NCBI GenBank assembly: GCA_965219955.1
Contig: OZ244799.1
Span: forward strand, 4,192,001 to 4,256,000
Length of the DNA: 64,000 nucleotides
Direction of reading: 5' to 3'
Source of the DNA: a bacterium
GTDB taxonomy: Bacteria; UBA8248
Made by a program: the position numbers and the translations under genes. This document shows, in pieces, positions 40,880 to 51,217 of the stretch. The number at the start of each line of letters is the position of its first letter. Position 1 is the first letter of the stretch. The notes beneath the pieces were generated by a model. The model saw only the letters and a list, made by a program, of their open reading frames with translations. It was not told where the DNA came from and ran no database searches.

Positions 40880-41602
40880 ATGACGGACTGGAAGAAAAAG
40901 CTCGGCTTCATCGTTCCATCCTGGAACACGGTGATGGAGTACGAATGCCAGCGCATGGCGCCTGCGGGCGTATCGGTCCACTTCACCCGCATCGCCCACA
41001 CCGACGATGAGGAGGAGACCCTCCTGCACATGATCGAGGTGGTGCCCGAACTCGCCGACCTGCTCGGCCACGCGAGTCTCGACGCCATCTGCTTCGGCTG
41101 CACCGGCGGCAGCTTCGTGCGGCCGGGCATGGATGAGGACATCATCGCGGTCATCGAGGAGCGGACGGGCATCCCCGCCACGACGACCTCCACCGCCCTC
41201 ACCGAGGCCATGCGCGAGATGGGCGTCGCCAAGGTGGCGCTCGCTTCTCCCTATCCGCAATGGCTGAACGAGCGGCTCACCACTTTCCTGAAAGATAAAG
41301 GGATCGAGGTGGTGGCCGAGCGGGGCCAGAACGTCGAGTGCCCCGCCTTCCTGCCGCCCGAGAACTCGGAAGCCCTGGCGCGCGAGGTGGATTGTCCCGA
41401 AGCCGACGGGGTCTTCATCAGCTGCACGAACTTCCGCTCGCTCGAATCGGTCGATAAGCTCGAAGCCGCGCTCGGAAAGCCCGTGCTCACGAGCAACACC
41501 ACGGCCATGTGGCACACGCTCAGGGCCGCGGGTTTCGATGAAGCGGCCACCGCCGGCGGTGCGCTCATGCGCGAGCATCTGGCGCCCGCCCGCCGCGCTT
41601 AG
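40880..41602 (+). CDS. Maleate isomerase / Asp-Glu racemase family
   Basis: PSWNTVME, FGCTGGS and ISCTN catalytic cysteines, LGKPVLTSN. Confidence 0.9.
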   Translation: MTDWKKKLGFIVPSWNTVMEYECQRMAPAGVSVHFTRIAHTDDEEETLLHMIEVVPELADLLGHASLDAICFGCTGGSFVRPGMDEDIIAVIEERTGIPATTTSTALTEAMREMGVAKVALASPYPQWLNERLTTFLKDKGIEVVAERGQNVECPAFLPPENSEALAREVDCPEADGVFISCTNFRSLESVDKLEAALGKPVLTSNTTAMWHTLRAAGFDEAATAGGALMREHLAPARRA

Positions 41603-41609
41603 GTTCTAT

Positions 41610-42773
41610 ATGAGCGACAGGAGCCGCCGCGGCCAGCAGTGGGTGACGGAGGAGTTCTACAAGGTCCACGACGTCTACGCCTTCCGCTCGGTGATGTACG
41701 TGGAGTGGGGCTTCCGGCCTGCCGACGTGAGGAGGACCACCGAGCGCATCAAGTTGCCCGGCTCCGTGCCCAAGGAGTGGGCGCGCACCGCCGCTCAGGA
41801 AGAAGCGCTCGCGAGAGAGGCCGAGGCCGCCGGCCACAGGGAATCGGCGGCGGAGTTCTATCACCGCGCCGCGCTCTATTACGGCCCCGCCTGCGGCGTC
41901 ATCCACAAGAACACGCCCCAGAAGCTCGAACTCTACGCCAGGATGATCGCCTGCTACGAGAAGTTCATCGAGTTGTTCGACGAAGCGCCCGTCGAGCGCG
42001 TGGAGGTTCCCTTCGAGAACGGGAAGACGATTCCGGGTATTTTGCAAACAGTCCCCGGGGTTCCGAGCGCCCCATGCGTCATCATCGTGCCGGGGATGGA
42101 CACCATCAAGGAGTTTCTTCCCAATCCCTACCACAACCATTTCAGGCGGCGCGGCCTCGCCACGCTCAGCATCGACGGCCCCGGCCAGGGGGAGAGCAAC
42201 ACGCGCGAGACCTGGGTGACGCTGGACAACTTCGAGCGCGCGGGTTCCGCCGCCATCGACTATCTCGAATCACGCCCCGAGGTGGACGGCGAGCGAATCG
42301 GCCTCTACGGCTGGAGCATGGGCAGCTACTGGGGGCCGCGCGTGGCGGCGCATGATAAGCGACTGAAAGCCTGCGTGGGCGCGATGGGCGTCTATCTCCA
42401 GAAAGACTCCATCTTCAAGGGCGGAAAGCCCGCCTACCGGGCGAACTACCAGTACATGTCCAACACGTATGACGAGGATGAGTTCGACGCCATGGCGGAG
42501 CAGATGACGCTCGAGGGCATCTCGGGGGACATCAGGTGCCCGACGCTTCTGGCGATGGGCGAGTTCGACGAGCTTTGCCCGCTGGAGGACGCCGAGCGGC
42601 TCTTCGACCTCCTGGGCGGCCCGAAGGAGCTTTGGGTGTATGAGAACGAGGCTCACACGATGGGCGGACGCCTGCCCGATTTCTACCTCATGGTGGCCGA
42701 CTGGCTCCGCGACGCCATAAGCGGCGAATTCGCCGCAGACCACGCCGTGCGCCGCTTCTTCGAGGCGCGTTGA
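41610..42773 (+). CDS. Alpha/beta hydrolase, 2,6-dihydroxypseudooxynicotine hydrolase/FrsA-like
   Basis: PGMDTIKE, DGPGQGES, GWSMG nucleophile. Confidence 0.82.
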   Translation: MSDRSRRGQQWVTEEFYKVHDVYAFRSVMYVEWGFRPADVRRTTERIKLPGSVPKEWARTAAQEEALAREAEAAGHRESAAEFYHRAALYYGPACGVIHKNTPQKLELYARMIACYEKFIELFDEAPVERVEVPFENGKTIPGILQTVPGVPSAPCVIIVPGMDTIKEFLPNPYHNHFRRRGLATLSIDGPGQGESNTRETWVTLDNFERAGSAAIDYLESRPEVDGERIGLYGWSMGSYWGPRVAAHDKRLKACVGAMGVYLQKDSIFKGGKPAYRANYQYMSNTYDEDEFDAMAEQMTLEGISGDIRCPTLLAMGEFDELCPLEDAERLFDLLGGPKELWVYENEAHTMGGRLPDFYLMVADWLRDAISGEFAADHAVRRFFEAR

Positions 42774-42883
42774 GAACGGTATTTCTTTGACGCCGCCCGG
42801 CGGGTTTTACGCCATCCCATGAATCCTGGAGAGCACTTCTCAAAAGAGGGTTGTTGAAAAAGCCCTGGCGAGGCAGCAGACAT

Positions 42884-43269
42884 CACTCCCCCCTTGAGGG
42901 TCTGGCTTCCCGAGGGGAAAGCCAGACGAGGAAGCCGAGCGGTTTGTGCGAAGGCTGACTCGGTGGGGGGTAAAATGCGCTTTATCGCCAGTCCGAATTA
43001 TACCCCCCACCGAATCGCTTTCGGGCTTACGCCCTCAGCTCTTCGACTCCCCCTCAAGGGCCTGTTGAAAAAGCCTGACCTGCTCCACCCCCGCAAACCG
43101 CCAACGTCTTTTCCCTCACCCTGAGTAGCCGCCGAAGGCGGCGTATCGAAGGGCGAGGGGTGCCGAACACCTCGCGCCGGGCGAGAGGGCATCCTTCGAT
43201 ACGCGGCTCCGCCGCTACTCAGGATGAGGCGAGAAGGGGTTTTTCAACAGGCCCCTCAAGGGGGGAGTG
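42884..43269. mobile_element. CACTCCCCCC element with MITE 43058-43254 inserted in its right IR (CTCAA duplication)
   Basis: Perfect TIR GGGCCTGTTGAAAAA; CTCAA at 43053-57 and 43255-59; removing the MITE restores the canonical IR. Confidence 0.85.
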
Positions 43270-43414
43270 ATCCATTTTTTCCGCTTTTTTCAACAACCTC
43301 AAACGCCCGGCTTTCCCCGGCCGCGCTTTTCCATATCGGCGCGATGCCGTATTCTTGGGTTTTTGCGATTCCAATTTTCCCTGAAACCTATCTCATGTTC
43401 CGACGGAGAATTTC

Positions 43415-44443
43415 ATGAAAGCGGCTTTGCTTGAGAAAACGCGGGTGATGAGCGTGGGCGATCAGCCCGATCCCGGCCTGCCCGCCGATCACGCGCTGGT
43501 GCGGGTGGCGACTTCGGCCATCTGCGGCACCGACGTATCCATCTGGGCGGGGAAGATGCCCGCGCGCATCCCGCTCATTCCGGGCCACGAGTGCACGGGC
43601 ACGGTGGAGCAGGTCGGCGAGAGCGTCACGAGGCTCAAAGTCGGCGACCGGGTGGTGCTGAACCCGCTTTCGAGTTGCGGGACGTGCTTTTACTGCGTGC
43701 GCGGGCTGACGAACATCTGCCTGCACGGCGGCCTGCGCGGCCGCGAGGTGCCGGGCACCTTCGCCGAGTACATCGCCGTGCGCGAGACCGAAGCGTTCGC
43801 CTTCCCCGAACAGGTGAGCTTCGCCGCGGCGACGAACTTCGTGGGCCTCTACACGGTGGTCTACAGCCAGAGGAAAGCGCCCTACATCGCGGGCGCGCGC
43901 GTGGCCGTCCTGGGGCAGGGGAGCAGCGGCCTGCTCCACACGCAGCTGGCGAAGGTCTCGGGCGCGGCGTCCGTCATCGCCGTGACGAGGAGCAAGTGGA
44001 AGCTCGAGGTGGCGAAGGAGATGGGCGCGGATGAAATCGTGCCCGCGGGCGAGGTGGACCCCGTCGAAGCCGTGCGCGACCTCACCGACGGCCTGGGAGC
44101 GGATATCGTGATCGAGACGGCGGGCGCGGCCGAGACGATGGTGCAGGCCTACGACATGGTGCGGCCAGGCGGCGCGATTCTCCAGTTTGGCATCGGGCCG
44201 GCTGCGGTCGACGGGGTGCCGGGCCAGGCCTATTACTTCAAGGACCTGACCGTCATCGGCTCGCGGGCGGGCCTGCCGGAGGATTTCGAGAGCGCCATCC
44301 GCCTCGTGGCGACCGGGCAAATCGACCTGGAGCCCCTCGTCACCCACCACTTCGCGCTCGATGAGATTCAGGCGGGCTTCGAGTTCGTCGACGCGGGCGG
44401 AGACGGCGGCACGCTCCGGGCGGTGATCGAGATAGCGAACTGA
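43415..44443 (+). CDS. Zn-dependent alcohol dehydrogenase (MDR)
   Basis: ICGTD, GHE, CGTCFYC..C structural Zn site. Confidence 0.92.
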   Translation: MKAALLEKTRVMSVGDQPDPGLPADHALVRVATSAICGTDVSIWAGKMPARIPLIPGHECTGTVEQVGESVTRLKVGDRVVLNPLSSCGTCFYCVRGLTNICLHGGLRGREVPGTFAEYIAVRETEAFAFPEQVSFAAATNFVGLYTVVYSQRKAPYIAGARVAVLGQGSSGLLHTQLAKVSGAASVIAVTRSKWKLEVAKEMGADEIVPAGEVDPVEAVRDLTDGLGADIVIETAGAAETMVQAYDMVRPGGAILQFGIGPAAVDGVPGQAYYFKDLTVIGSRAGLPEDFESAIRLVATGQIDLEPLVTHHFALDEIQAGFEFVDAGGDGGTLRAVIEIAN

Positions 44444-44491
44444 CGCCCGCAGACCACCGCGGGCTTGACTCCAGCAGACAAGGAGGCCGGC

Positions 44492-45364
44492 ATGGCTTTT
44501 GAACACCCATTCATTCGTATCGCAGGCGTCACGCCCGAGAAACTGGACGAGAAAGAGGGCTGGAACGTCTCCGATTTCAGGGTCGTCGTCAGCGGGAAGG
44601 AGGGTTCCTCCTCCATCATGTACCACGCCACCCTGGCCCCCGGCGACCGCCACCACAAGCACCGCTACGAGAACTGCCAGATGCAGTATTACGTCGTGAG
44701 CGGCCACGGCCTGGCGGGGGCGGGGGAGGACCGCGTGGAGGTGCACGCGGGCCACTTCCACCTGATCCCCAAGGGCGTGGAGCACTGGCTCGTGAACCTG
44801 GGCAGGCACGACCCGCTCGTCATCATCGGGTTCTACGACCGGGTACCCTATTTCAGGGACACCGGCCGCGTCTATCTCGGCGACATCACCGAGGCCGACA
44901 TCGCCGCCCCGCGTACGCTCAGCGCGCAGGCTCTCAAGCATCCGCTCGTGCACAACGACGAGGTTCCCCACGTCAAGGTGTCGCATGAGGAGGGCTGGAC
45001 GCAGGATTACTTCAACGAGCCGCTGAACCGCAGCGTCGGCGCGGGCTCGTGCTGGATGCAGGGCTACTTCGGCCCCAAAACCGTGCACATGAAGCACCGC
45101 CACAACAACTGCGAGGAGATTTGCTACATCCTGAAGGGCCGCGGCCTGGCGGGCATCGGGCGCGATCGCGGAGAAGTGTTCGCGGGCGACGTGAACTACA
45201 TCCCTGCCGGGGCGGAGCACTGGCTCGCGAACATCGACGACACCGAAGACCTCTCTGCGCCCGGCTGGTACATCGGTGTGGGCGGGCTGGACGAGAGCGG
45301 CTTCGAGTACCTGGGGCCGGTGACGGACGAGGACCTGAAACAGCGGACGGGCGTGATCGAGTAG
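44492..45364 (+). CDS. Bicupin protein
   Basis: Two cupin motifs (HHKHRYENC; HMKHRHNNCEE; IP.G.EHWL.N); AAGGAGG RBS. Confidence 0.85.
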   Translation: MAFEHPFIRIAGVTPEKLDEKEGWNVSDFRVVVSGKEGSSSIMYHATLAPGDRHHKHRYENCQMQYYVVSGHGLAGAGEDRVEVHAGHFHLIPKGVEHWLVNLGRHDPLVIIGFYDRVPYFRDTGRVYLGDITEADIAAPRTLSAQALKHPLVHNDEVPHVKVSHEEGWTQDYFNEPLNRSVGAGSCWMQGYFGPKTVHMKHRHNNCEEICYILKGRGLAGIGRDRGEVFAGDVNYIPAGAEHWLANIDDTEDLSAPGWYIGVGGLDESGFEYLGPVTDEDLKQRTGVIE

Positions 45365-45412
45365 TTCAGCCCCGCCCCCTGAGAAGTACAACCATTATGT
45401 GAGGAAAAATTC

Positions 45413-46270
45413 ATGCCGCTTCAATACCCCCTGGTTCATATCGACGACATCGCGCCCGAGAAGATGGAGGAAAAAGAAGGCTGGGCGATCTCGGAGTTCC
45501 GCCTCCCCATCACCGGCGCGCACGGGAGCTCGACGACGGCCTTTCACTCCATCTTCCGGCCCGGCTCCACGCACGCGAAGCACGCACATTCCGAGTGCGA
45601 GGAAATCGCGGTGTATCTCAAGGGCCACGGCGTGGTCGGCCAGGGTGAGGAGCGCGCCGAGGTGCGCGAGGGCCACTGCCGCCTCATGCCGAAGGGCTCG
45701 ACGCATTTCTTCTACAACGAGACGCGCGATGAGGAGGCGATGGTGGTCGGGTTCTACCTCGGCGCGCCGAGCGTGGCGGGCACGGGCTATGAATTTCACG
45801 GCGACGTGGCGCAAGCGGACCTCGAGGTGCCGCGCGAGGGAATCACCGACGGCATCCTGGTGCATCTGGACGACGTGCGGCCCGAGAACATGAACGAGGG
45901 CGAGGGCTGGTCGATCACCGACTTCAGGCTCCCTCTGGGCAGGCACAACGGCAGCGATACGACGCTGTTCCGCGCGCGCTTTTTCCCGGGGGCGGTGCAC
46001 AAGAAGCACAGGCACGACAACTGCGAGGAGATCTACTACATCATCAGCGGCCACGGGCTGGCGGGGGCGGGCCCCGACCGCGTCGAGGTGCGCGGCGGCC
46101 ACTTCCACTACATCCCCAAAGGGGTCGAGCACTGGCTCCACAACCTGAGCGATACCGAACCCATCGAGGCGGTGGGCATCTACATCGGCAGCGGGAGCGT
46201 GGCGGAGACGGGCTACGTCTACATGGGCGACGTGACCGAAGCGGACATCCAGGCGCGCACGCCGCTCTAG
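45413..46270 (+). CDS. Bicupin protein (paralog of preceding gene)
   Basis: HAKHAHSECEE, HKKHRHDNCEE, IPKGVEHWLHN. Confidence 0.85.
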   Translation: MPLQYPLVHIDDIAPEKMEEKEGWAISEFRLPITGAHGSSTTAFHSIFRPGSTHAKHAHSECEEIAVYLKGHGVVGQGEERAEVREGHCRLMPKGSTHFFYNETRDEEAMVVGFYLGAPSVAGTGYEFHGDVAQADLEVPREGITDGILVHLDDVRPENMNEGEGWSITDFRLPLGRHNGSDTTLFRARFFPGAVHKKHRHDNCEEIYYIISGHGLAGAGPDRVEVRGGHFHYIPKGVEHWLHNLSDTEPIEAVGIYIGSGSVAETGYVYMGDVTEADIQARTPL

Positions 46271-46399
46271 CGGCGCATCGACTTGAAGCGGTGTGCGGCC
46301 CCGGCCGGGGGCGGCGTCGCAGGGACAGGCCCCCGTGCCTGTCCGACGCGGGACAACCCGGAAGGATTGCCCCTGCGAGTCAAATTTTCTTTCCTCTCC

Positions 46400-46591
46400 G
46401 GGGCTGTTGAAAAAGCCCTGTCCGACCTTCGAGATTGTTCGCTGTAGGGACAGGCCTCCGTGCCTGTCCTGCTCTTCGTGGTTGTCCTTCGTCAGGACAG
46501 GCACGGAGGCCTGTCCCTACAAAACCATCACGTCTGCGCCGCGTGAACCTCCTTGCCGCCGATCTCGCATCAGGGCTTTTTCAACAACCCC
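46400..46591. mobile_element. MITE with GTAG-REP cargo
   Basis: Same TIRs and body as 18905-19115. Confidence 0.75.
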
Positions 46592-46754
46592 CTCCAGGGA
46601 GGGATTATGTCATTCCCCTTCACGCCCGGAACCACGGGACCCCATGAAGATGATTCTCTTTTCTTTCTTTTGCCTTTCGGGCGCGGCGTGATATGCTTGA
46701 GAGGCGTGTGGGAACAATAGGCATTTCAGGACAAAAAAATTATGGAGCAAAGCC

Positions 46755-47303
46755 ATGAAGATAACCGAGGCGGCGGCGGATAAGGTCAAGGAAATCATGG
46801 AGCAAAACGGCGGCGGTTTCGCCGGAATCCTCATCAGCTTCGAGGGCGGCTACAAGCTCGACCTGGTGAAGGATGAGGATGCGGCTGAATACATCCGGGT
46901 GGAGAATCCCCTGCTGGGCGTCTTCGCCTCGCCCGAGCACGTCGACAGGGCGGAGAAGGCCCAGATCGAGTTCGTCACCGAAGGCCCGACGAGCGGGTTC
47001 AAGGTGACGCGCGAGATGACCGACGGCGATACGTCCCTCCTCGAGCAGATTCAGGAGATCATCGACACGGAGATCAACCCGGCCGTGGCGTCCCACGGCG
47101 GCTACATCAGCCTGCTGGACGTGGAGGAAAAGCGCGTGTTCGTGCAGATGGGGGGCGGCTGCGCGGGCTGCGGCATGGCGGACGTGACGCTCAAATCCGG
47201 CGTCGAGGCGCGGCTGCAGCAGCTCGACCCCGAGATACAGGTGGTCGACACCACCGACCACGCGGCGGGCACGAACCCCTACTACGCGCCGACGCAAAAA
47301 TAG
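46755..47303 (+). CDS. nfuA: NfuA-like Fe-S biogenesis protein
   Basis: Degenerate A-type N-terminus; INPAVASHGG, GGGCAGC, TDHAAGTNPYY. Confidence 0.85.
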   Translation: MKITEAAADKVKEIMEQNGGGFAGILISFEGGYKLDLVKDEDAAEYIRVENPLLGVFASPEHVDRAEKAQIEFVTEGPTSGFKVTREMTDGDTSLLEQIQEIIDTEINPAVASHGGYISLLDVEEKRVFVQMGGGCAGCGMADVTLKSGVEARLQQLDPEIQVVDTTDHAAGTNPYYAPTQK

Positions 47304-47322
47304 GTTTCAAGCTGAAAGCATG

Positions 47323-47352
47323 AAGGGCCGGCCGTCTGGCCGGCCTTTTTTC
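47323..47352 (+). terminator. Terminator between convergent genes
   Basis: GGCCGGCC..GGCCGGCC hairpin followed by T-tract. Confidence 0.7.
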
Positions 47353-47358
47353 TTGGGG

Positions 47359-48612
47359 CTATTCCCCGATCTCGAAGCGCAGTTTCGCGTGCGCCGCGCG
47401 CAGGGCGGCCTCCGCCTCTTCGGGCCGCTCCCCCTTGGCGAAGATGAAGCCCAGATATCTCTCTCCCTCGGGCAGCGGCACGACGCGCCCGCCGACGTGG
47501 ATGGATATGTCGACCTCCACGACGCCGGGCACGGCCAGGGCCTCCTCTTTGCCGTCGACCCCCCTCAGGACCCCCTCGCCGGGGATGGGGATCATCATGA
47601 CGCCGGAAGCCTTTTTCTCGCGCTCCAGCGATGGAGGCGCCACGCCCAGCGCCTGGGAGAGGATGAGGTGTTCGAGCGAGGCGCCGCCCCCGAACTCGAG
47701 CGCGCCCGAGCATTTCCCGCCGATGGCGCGGCTCGCCACGTCGATCACCCGGATTTCGCCCGCGTCGTTGATTCTGAGCTCCGCGTGGAGGGGGCCCTCG
47801 CGCAGGCGTATGGCCCGCGCGGCGCGGGTGGTTTCCTCGCGGATTTTCTCCTGCATCTCATCGGGCAGCCTTGAGGGCGTGACGTAGATGGTTTCCTCGA
47901 AAAAGGGGCCTTCGAGCGGGTCGGGCTTGTCGAAGATGGCGAGAATGTGCGCCTCGCCGCGCACGACAAGACCCTCCACCGCCACTTCGACGCCTTCGAG
48001 ATAATCCTCCACCAGGATCATCCGCGCCTCGGCGCCGCCCCGGGCGATGGTGTCGGGGTCATCCAGTATCGCGCCGACCCGCCTGTAGGCCTCCGCGAAT
48101 TCCGCTTCATCGTTCGCGCGAATCACGCCCCGGCTGGCTGCGAGAAAGGTGGGTTTCAACACGCAGGGATAGCGTAGCCCTTGGGCGATTTTCTCAGGCT
48201 CTTCCTGGGCGGAGACGAGCCGGAACGAGGGCGAGGGCAGGCCCTCTTCGGAGAGCACCTTTCTCAGTTCGTACTTGCTCCGCGTCGTGCGGGAGGCCTC
48301 TACGGGGTGGTAGGGCAGCCCCAGCGCTTCGGCGGCCATCGCGCCCAGGACGAGCGTGTCGTCGTCCACGGGCGCGATAGCGTCGATGGGAAATTCCTTC
48401 GCGAACGAACGGATGAGGGCAGCGCCCGCTTCGGGCTGGTTGTAATCGAGCGTGACGGAGCCGCCCGGGTTCAGTTCGGCGAGCAGGTCGGGCCGGTCGG
48501 TCCCCACCGTGACGCGGACGCCCATCTCCCCCGCCGCCGCCATGTAGGCGGAGGCGCGGTAGGTGGCCGTCGTCATGAGCAGGAGAACGCGTCTCCCTTC
48601 TTCAGGTGGCAT
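47359..48612 (-). CDS. ATP-grasp domain protein
   Basis: PCVLKP..ASRGV, VEDYLEG.E, HAELR, RAIGG. Confidence 0.85.
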   Translation of the reverse strand: MPPEEGRRVLLLMTTATYRASAYMAAAGEMGVRVTVGTDRPDLLAELNPGGSVTLDYNQPEAGAALIRSFAKEFPIDAIAPVDDDTLVLGAMAAEALGLPYHPVEASRTTRSKYELRKVLSEEGLPSPSFRLVSAQEEPEKIAQGLRYPCVLKPTFLAASRGVIRANDEAEFAEAYRRVGAILDDPDTIARGGAEARMILVEDYLEGVEVAVEGLVVRGEAHILAIFDKPDPLEGPFFEETIYVTPSRLPDEMQEKIREETTRAARAIRLREGPLHAELRINDAGEIRVIDVASRAIGGKCSGALEFGGGASLEHLILSQALGVAPPSLEREKKASGVMMIPIPGEGVLRGVDGKEEALAVPGVVEVDISIHVGGRVVPLPEGERYLGFIFAKGERPEEAEAALRAAHAKLRFEIGE

Positions 48613-49381
48613 ACCATCCGCCGTCCACCAGGAGCGACGTGCCCGTGACGAGACTGCTCGCCTCGGAAGCGAGGAAGATGGCCGGGCCCACCAGTTCGCT
48701 CATCTGCCCGAAGCGGCCCATCGGCGTTCTCTCGCAGATGGCGTCGTAGATGAGTTCGTCTTCCTGCAGGGAGGCGGTGAGCTCCGTTTCGATGAAGGTG
48801 GGACAGATGGCGTTCACCTGGATGTTGTCCGTCGCATACTCGCGAGCGAAAACGCGCGTCAGGCCGATGAGGCCGCTTTTGGAGGACGTATAAGGCCCGT
48901 AGCACTGCTGCCTGGGGTTTCTGAAGACCGACCAGCCCATCAGGGATGAGATGTTGATCACCTTGCCGCCGCCCGCTTTTTTCATCTCCTCGCCCGCGCG
49001 CCGCGTGATGAAGAAGATGCTCTTCAAGTTCAGGTCGAGGATCCTGTCCCAGTCGGCCTCGCTGATGTCCCAGAGTGTTTTCCGCACGTTCGTGCCCGCG
49101 TTGTTCACCAGAATGGTGAGGCCGCCGAGTGCGGCGGCGGCTTCCACCACCATGCGCTCGGCGGATTCCATGTCGGTCACGTCGGCCTGGATGAGCGCGC
49201 ATTTGCGGCCCATGCCCTCGATGGCTTCCTTGGCCTCGCCGGCGGGTTCGATGTCGATGTCCGCGATGACGACGTCAGCGCCCGCAGCGGCGAAGCCCTC
49301 GGCCAGCGTGCGCCCGATGCCGCGCGCAGCGCCCGTAACGAGCGCCTTCGCTCCGCTCAGGTCGAAAAGGGATTGACTCAT
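48602..49381 (-). CDS. SDR oxidoreductase (KduD/IdnO-like)
   Basis: TGAARGIG, NNAG, YTSSK. Confidence 0.9.
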   Translation of the reverse strand: MSQSLFDLSGAKALVTGAARGIGRTLAEGFAAAGADVVIADIDIEPAGEAKEAIEGMGRKCALIQADVTDMESAERMVVEAAAALGGLTILVNNAGTNVRKTLWDISEADWDRILDLNLKSIFFITRRAGEEMKKAGGGKVINISSLMGWSVFRNPRQQCYGPYTSSKSGLIGLTRVFAREYATDNIQVNAICPTFIETELTASLQEDELIYDAICERTPMGRFGQMSELVGPAIFLASEASSLVTGTSLLVDGGWYAT

Positions 49382-49567
49382 GTGTGGTTCTCCTTTTTGG
49401 GGTGTCGGGTTTTTCCCGATTCTCTCCGCCGGAGCGTTCGGGGTCAATGGGCGCAGGGCCTTCTCGTTGGCCTTGGGAAGAGAGTGTGATAATCAATAGG
49501 GAGAATTTCTACTATTTTCCGTTCTCATTTGAGAGTGGTTTTCGGGTTCCTTGAGCGGGAGTGAGCG

Positions 49568-51217
49568 ATGGCGAAGCCCAGGGATAACGGCGCGAAAAAA
49601 GAGCGCTCCGTCCGCGAGGCGGCCTACAATTCGGGCAAACCCGTGCCCGTGGTCTACGGGCCGGACTCACCCGATGAGTCGTACCGGGAAAAGCTCGGCG
49701 CGCCGGGGGAATACCCCTACACGCGGGGCATCTACCCCACGATGTACCGGGGCTCGCTCTGGACGATGCGCCAGTACGCGGGCTTTTCCACCTCGGCGGA
49801 CACCAACGCGCGGTTCCATTTTCTGCTCGGAAACGGCCAGACGGGCCTCTCGATGGCCTACGATCTGCCCACGCAGCTCGGCCTCGACTCGGACGACGAG
49901 GCCGCACAGGACGACGTGGGACGCCTGGGCGTCGCCGTGGACACCGCCCAGGACATGGCGGACGTCTTCGAGGGGATACCGCTCGACAGGGTGAGCGTCT
50001 CGCATACCATCAACTCCACCGCCGCCATCATCCAGGCGTTCTGGCTCATCGCCGCCGAACGCCAGGGGGTCGCGCTGGAGAAACTGCGCGGCACCTTCCA
50101 GAACGACATGCTCAAGGAATACATCGGCCGGGGCACGTGGATATTCCCCCCGCGGCCCTCCATGCGCCTGGTGGCCGACATCATCGAGTACAACGCGAAG
50201 CATTGCCCGCGCGTGAACGCCGTCAGCGTCTCGGCTACCCACATCGCCGAAACGGGCGCGACCCTCGCGCAGGACGTCGCCTTCCCCATCCTGAACGCGC
50301 TGGCCTACATACGCGAACTCACCGGGCGCGGCCTCCACGTGGATGACTTCGTGCCCACGATGTCGTTTCACCTCTCGGTCGGCGGCGGCGTGGGGCCGTT
50401 CAACCTGCTCGAATCGATCGGCAAGCTGCGCGCGGCGCGGCGCATCTGGGCGCGCACGATGAAGGAGAAATACGGCGCGAAAAACCCCAAGACCATGCAG
50501 CTCAAGTTCTCGACGGGCAACTGCGGCAGCCGCATGGCGGCGCGCGAGCCGCTCAACAACATCGTGCGCCAGACGCTCTACACCCTGGCTGCCGTGCTGG
50601 GCGGCACGCGCTCGGTCAACATGGCGTGTTTCGACGAGGCGTTCGAGATTCCCTCGGACGAGTCCATCCGCACGGCGCTCCGGATCCAGCAGGTCATCGC
50701 CCATGAGAGCGGCGTGGCCGACACGGTGGACCCGCTGGCGGGCGGCTACGCGGTGGAAGCCGTGACGGATCAGGTGGAGGAGGAGATTCAGGCCATCGTG
50801 GACGATTACGAATCGCGCGGCGGCATCGTTCCCTTCATCGAGAGCGGCGAGATTCAAAGACTCCTCGCGCGGCAGGCCTATGAACACCAGCGGAAGATCG
50901 CGGAAGGCGAGCAGGTGTGGGTGGGCGTGAACAAGTTCACCTCCGAGGAGGAAGACCGCATGAGCGCGGGCGAGGGCCTCTACGAGGCGGACGATTCCGC
51001 GCTCGAGAAACAAATGGCGCGGCTCGCGAAGGTGAAGGCCGCCCGCGATGAGGGCGAGGTGGCCGATCAACTGGAAAAGCTGGCGAGGGCGTGCGAGTCG
51101 AAGGAAAACCTCGTGCCTTATCTGATGGACGCCGCCCGCGCGCGCCTCACGGTGGGGGAGATGACCGGGGTGATGCGCGGCGTATTCGGCGCCTACGTGG
51201 AGCCGTCGGTCGTCTGA
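49568..51217 (+). CDS. B12-dependent acyl-CoA mutase, large subunit (divergent)
   Basis: PYTRGIYPTMY, WTMRQYAGF, QNDMLKEY, DPLAGGY. Confidence 0.92.
   Translation: MAKPRDNGAKKERSVREAAYNSGKPVPVVYGPDSPDESYREKLGAPGEYPYTRGIYPTMYRGSLWTMRQYAGFSTSADTNARFHFLLGNGQTGLSMAYDLPTQLGLDSDDEAAQDDVGRLGVAVDTAQDMADVFEGIPLDRVSVSHTINSTAAIIQAFWLIAAERQGVALEKLRGTFQNDMLKEYIGRGTWIFPPRPSMRLVADIIEYNAKHCPRVNAVSVSATHIAETGATLAQDVAFPILNALAYIRELTGRGLHVDDFVPTMSFHLSVGGGVGPFNLLESIGKLRAARRIWARTMKEKYGAKNPKTMQLKFSTGNCGSRMAAREPLNNIVRQTLYTLAAVLGGTRSVNMACFDEAFEIPSDESIRTALRIQQVIAHESGVADTVDPLAGGYAVEAVTDQVEEEIQAIVDDYESRGGIVPFIESGEIQRLLARQAYEHQRKIAEGEQVWVGVNKFTSEEEDRMSAGEGLYEADDSALEKQMARLAKVKAARDEGEVADQLEKLARACESKENLVPYLMDAARARLTVGEMTGVMRGVFGAYVEPSVV

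Noticed and set aside
44441-44491. Selenocysteine readthrough fusing the ADH and bicupin (in-frame TGA followed by a GCCCGC/GCGGGC hairpin)
   Set aside because: The loop is only about 7 nt from UGA, too close for a typical bacterial SECIS. The ADH is full-length and the cupin has its own strong RBS.
49382-49567. Cobalamin riboswitch before the mutase
   Set aside because: No B12-box or other conserved motifs in the short divergent spacer.
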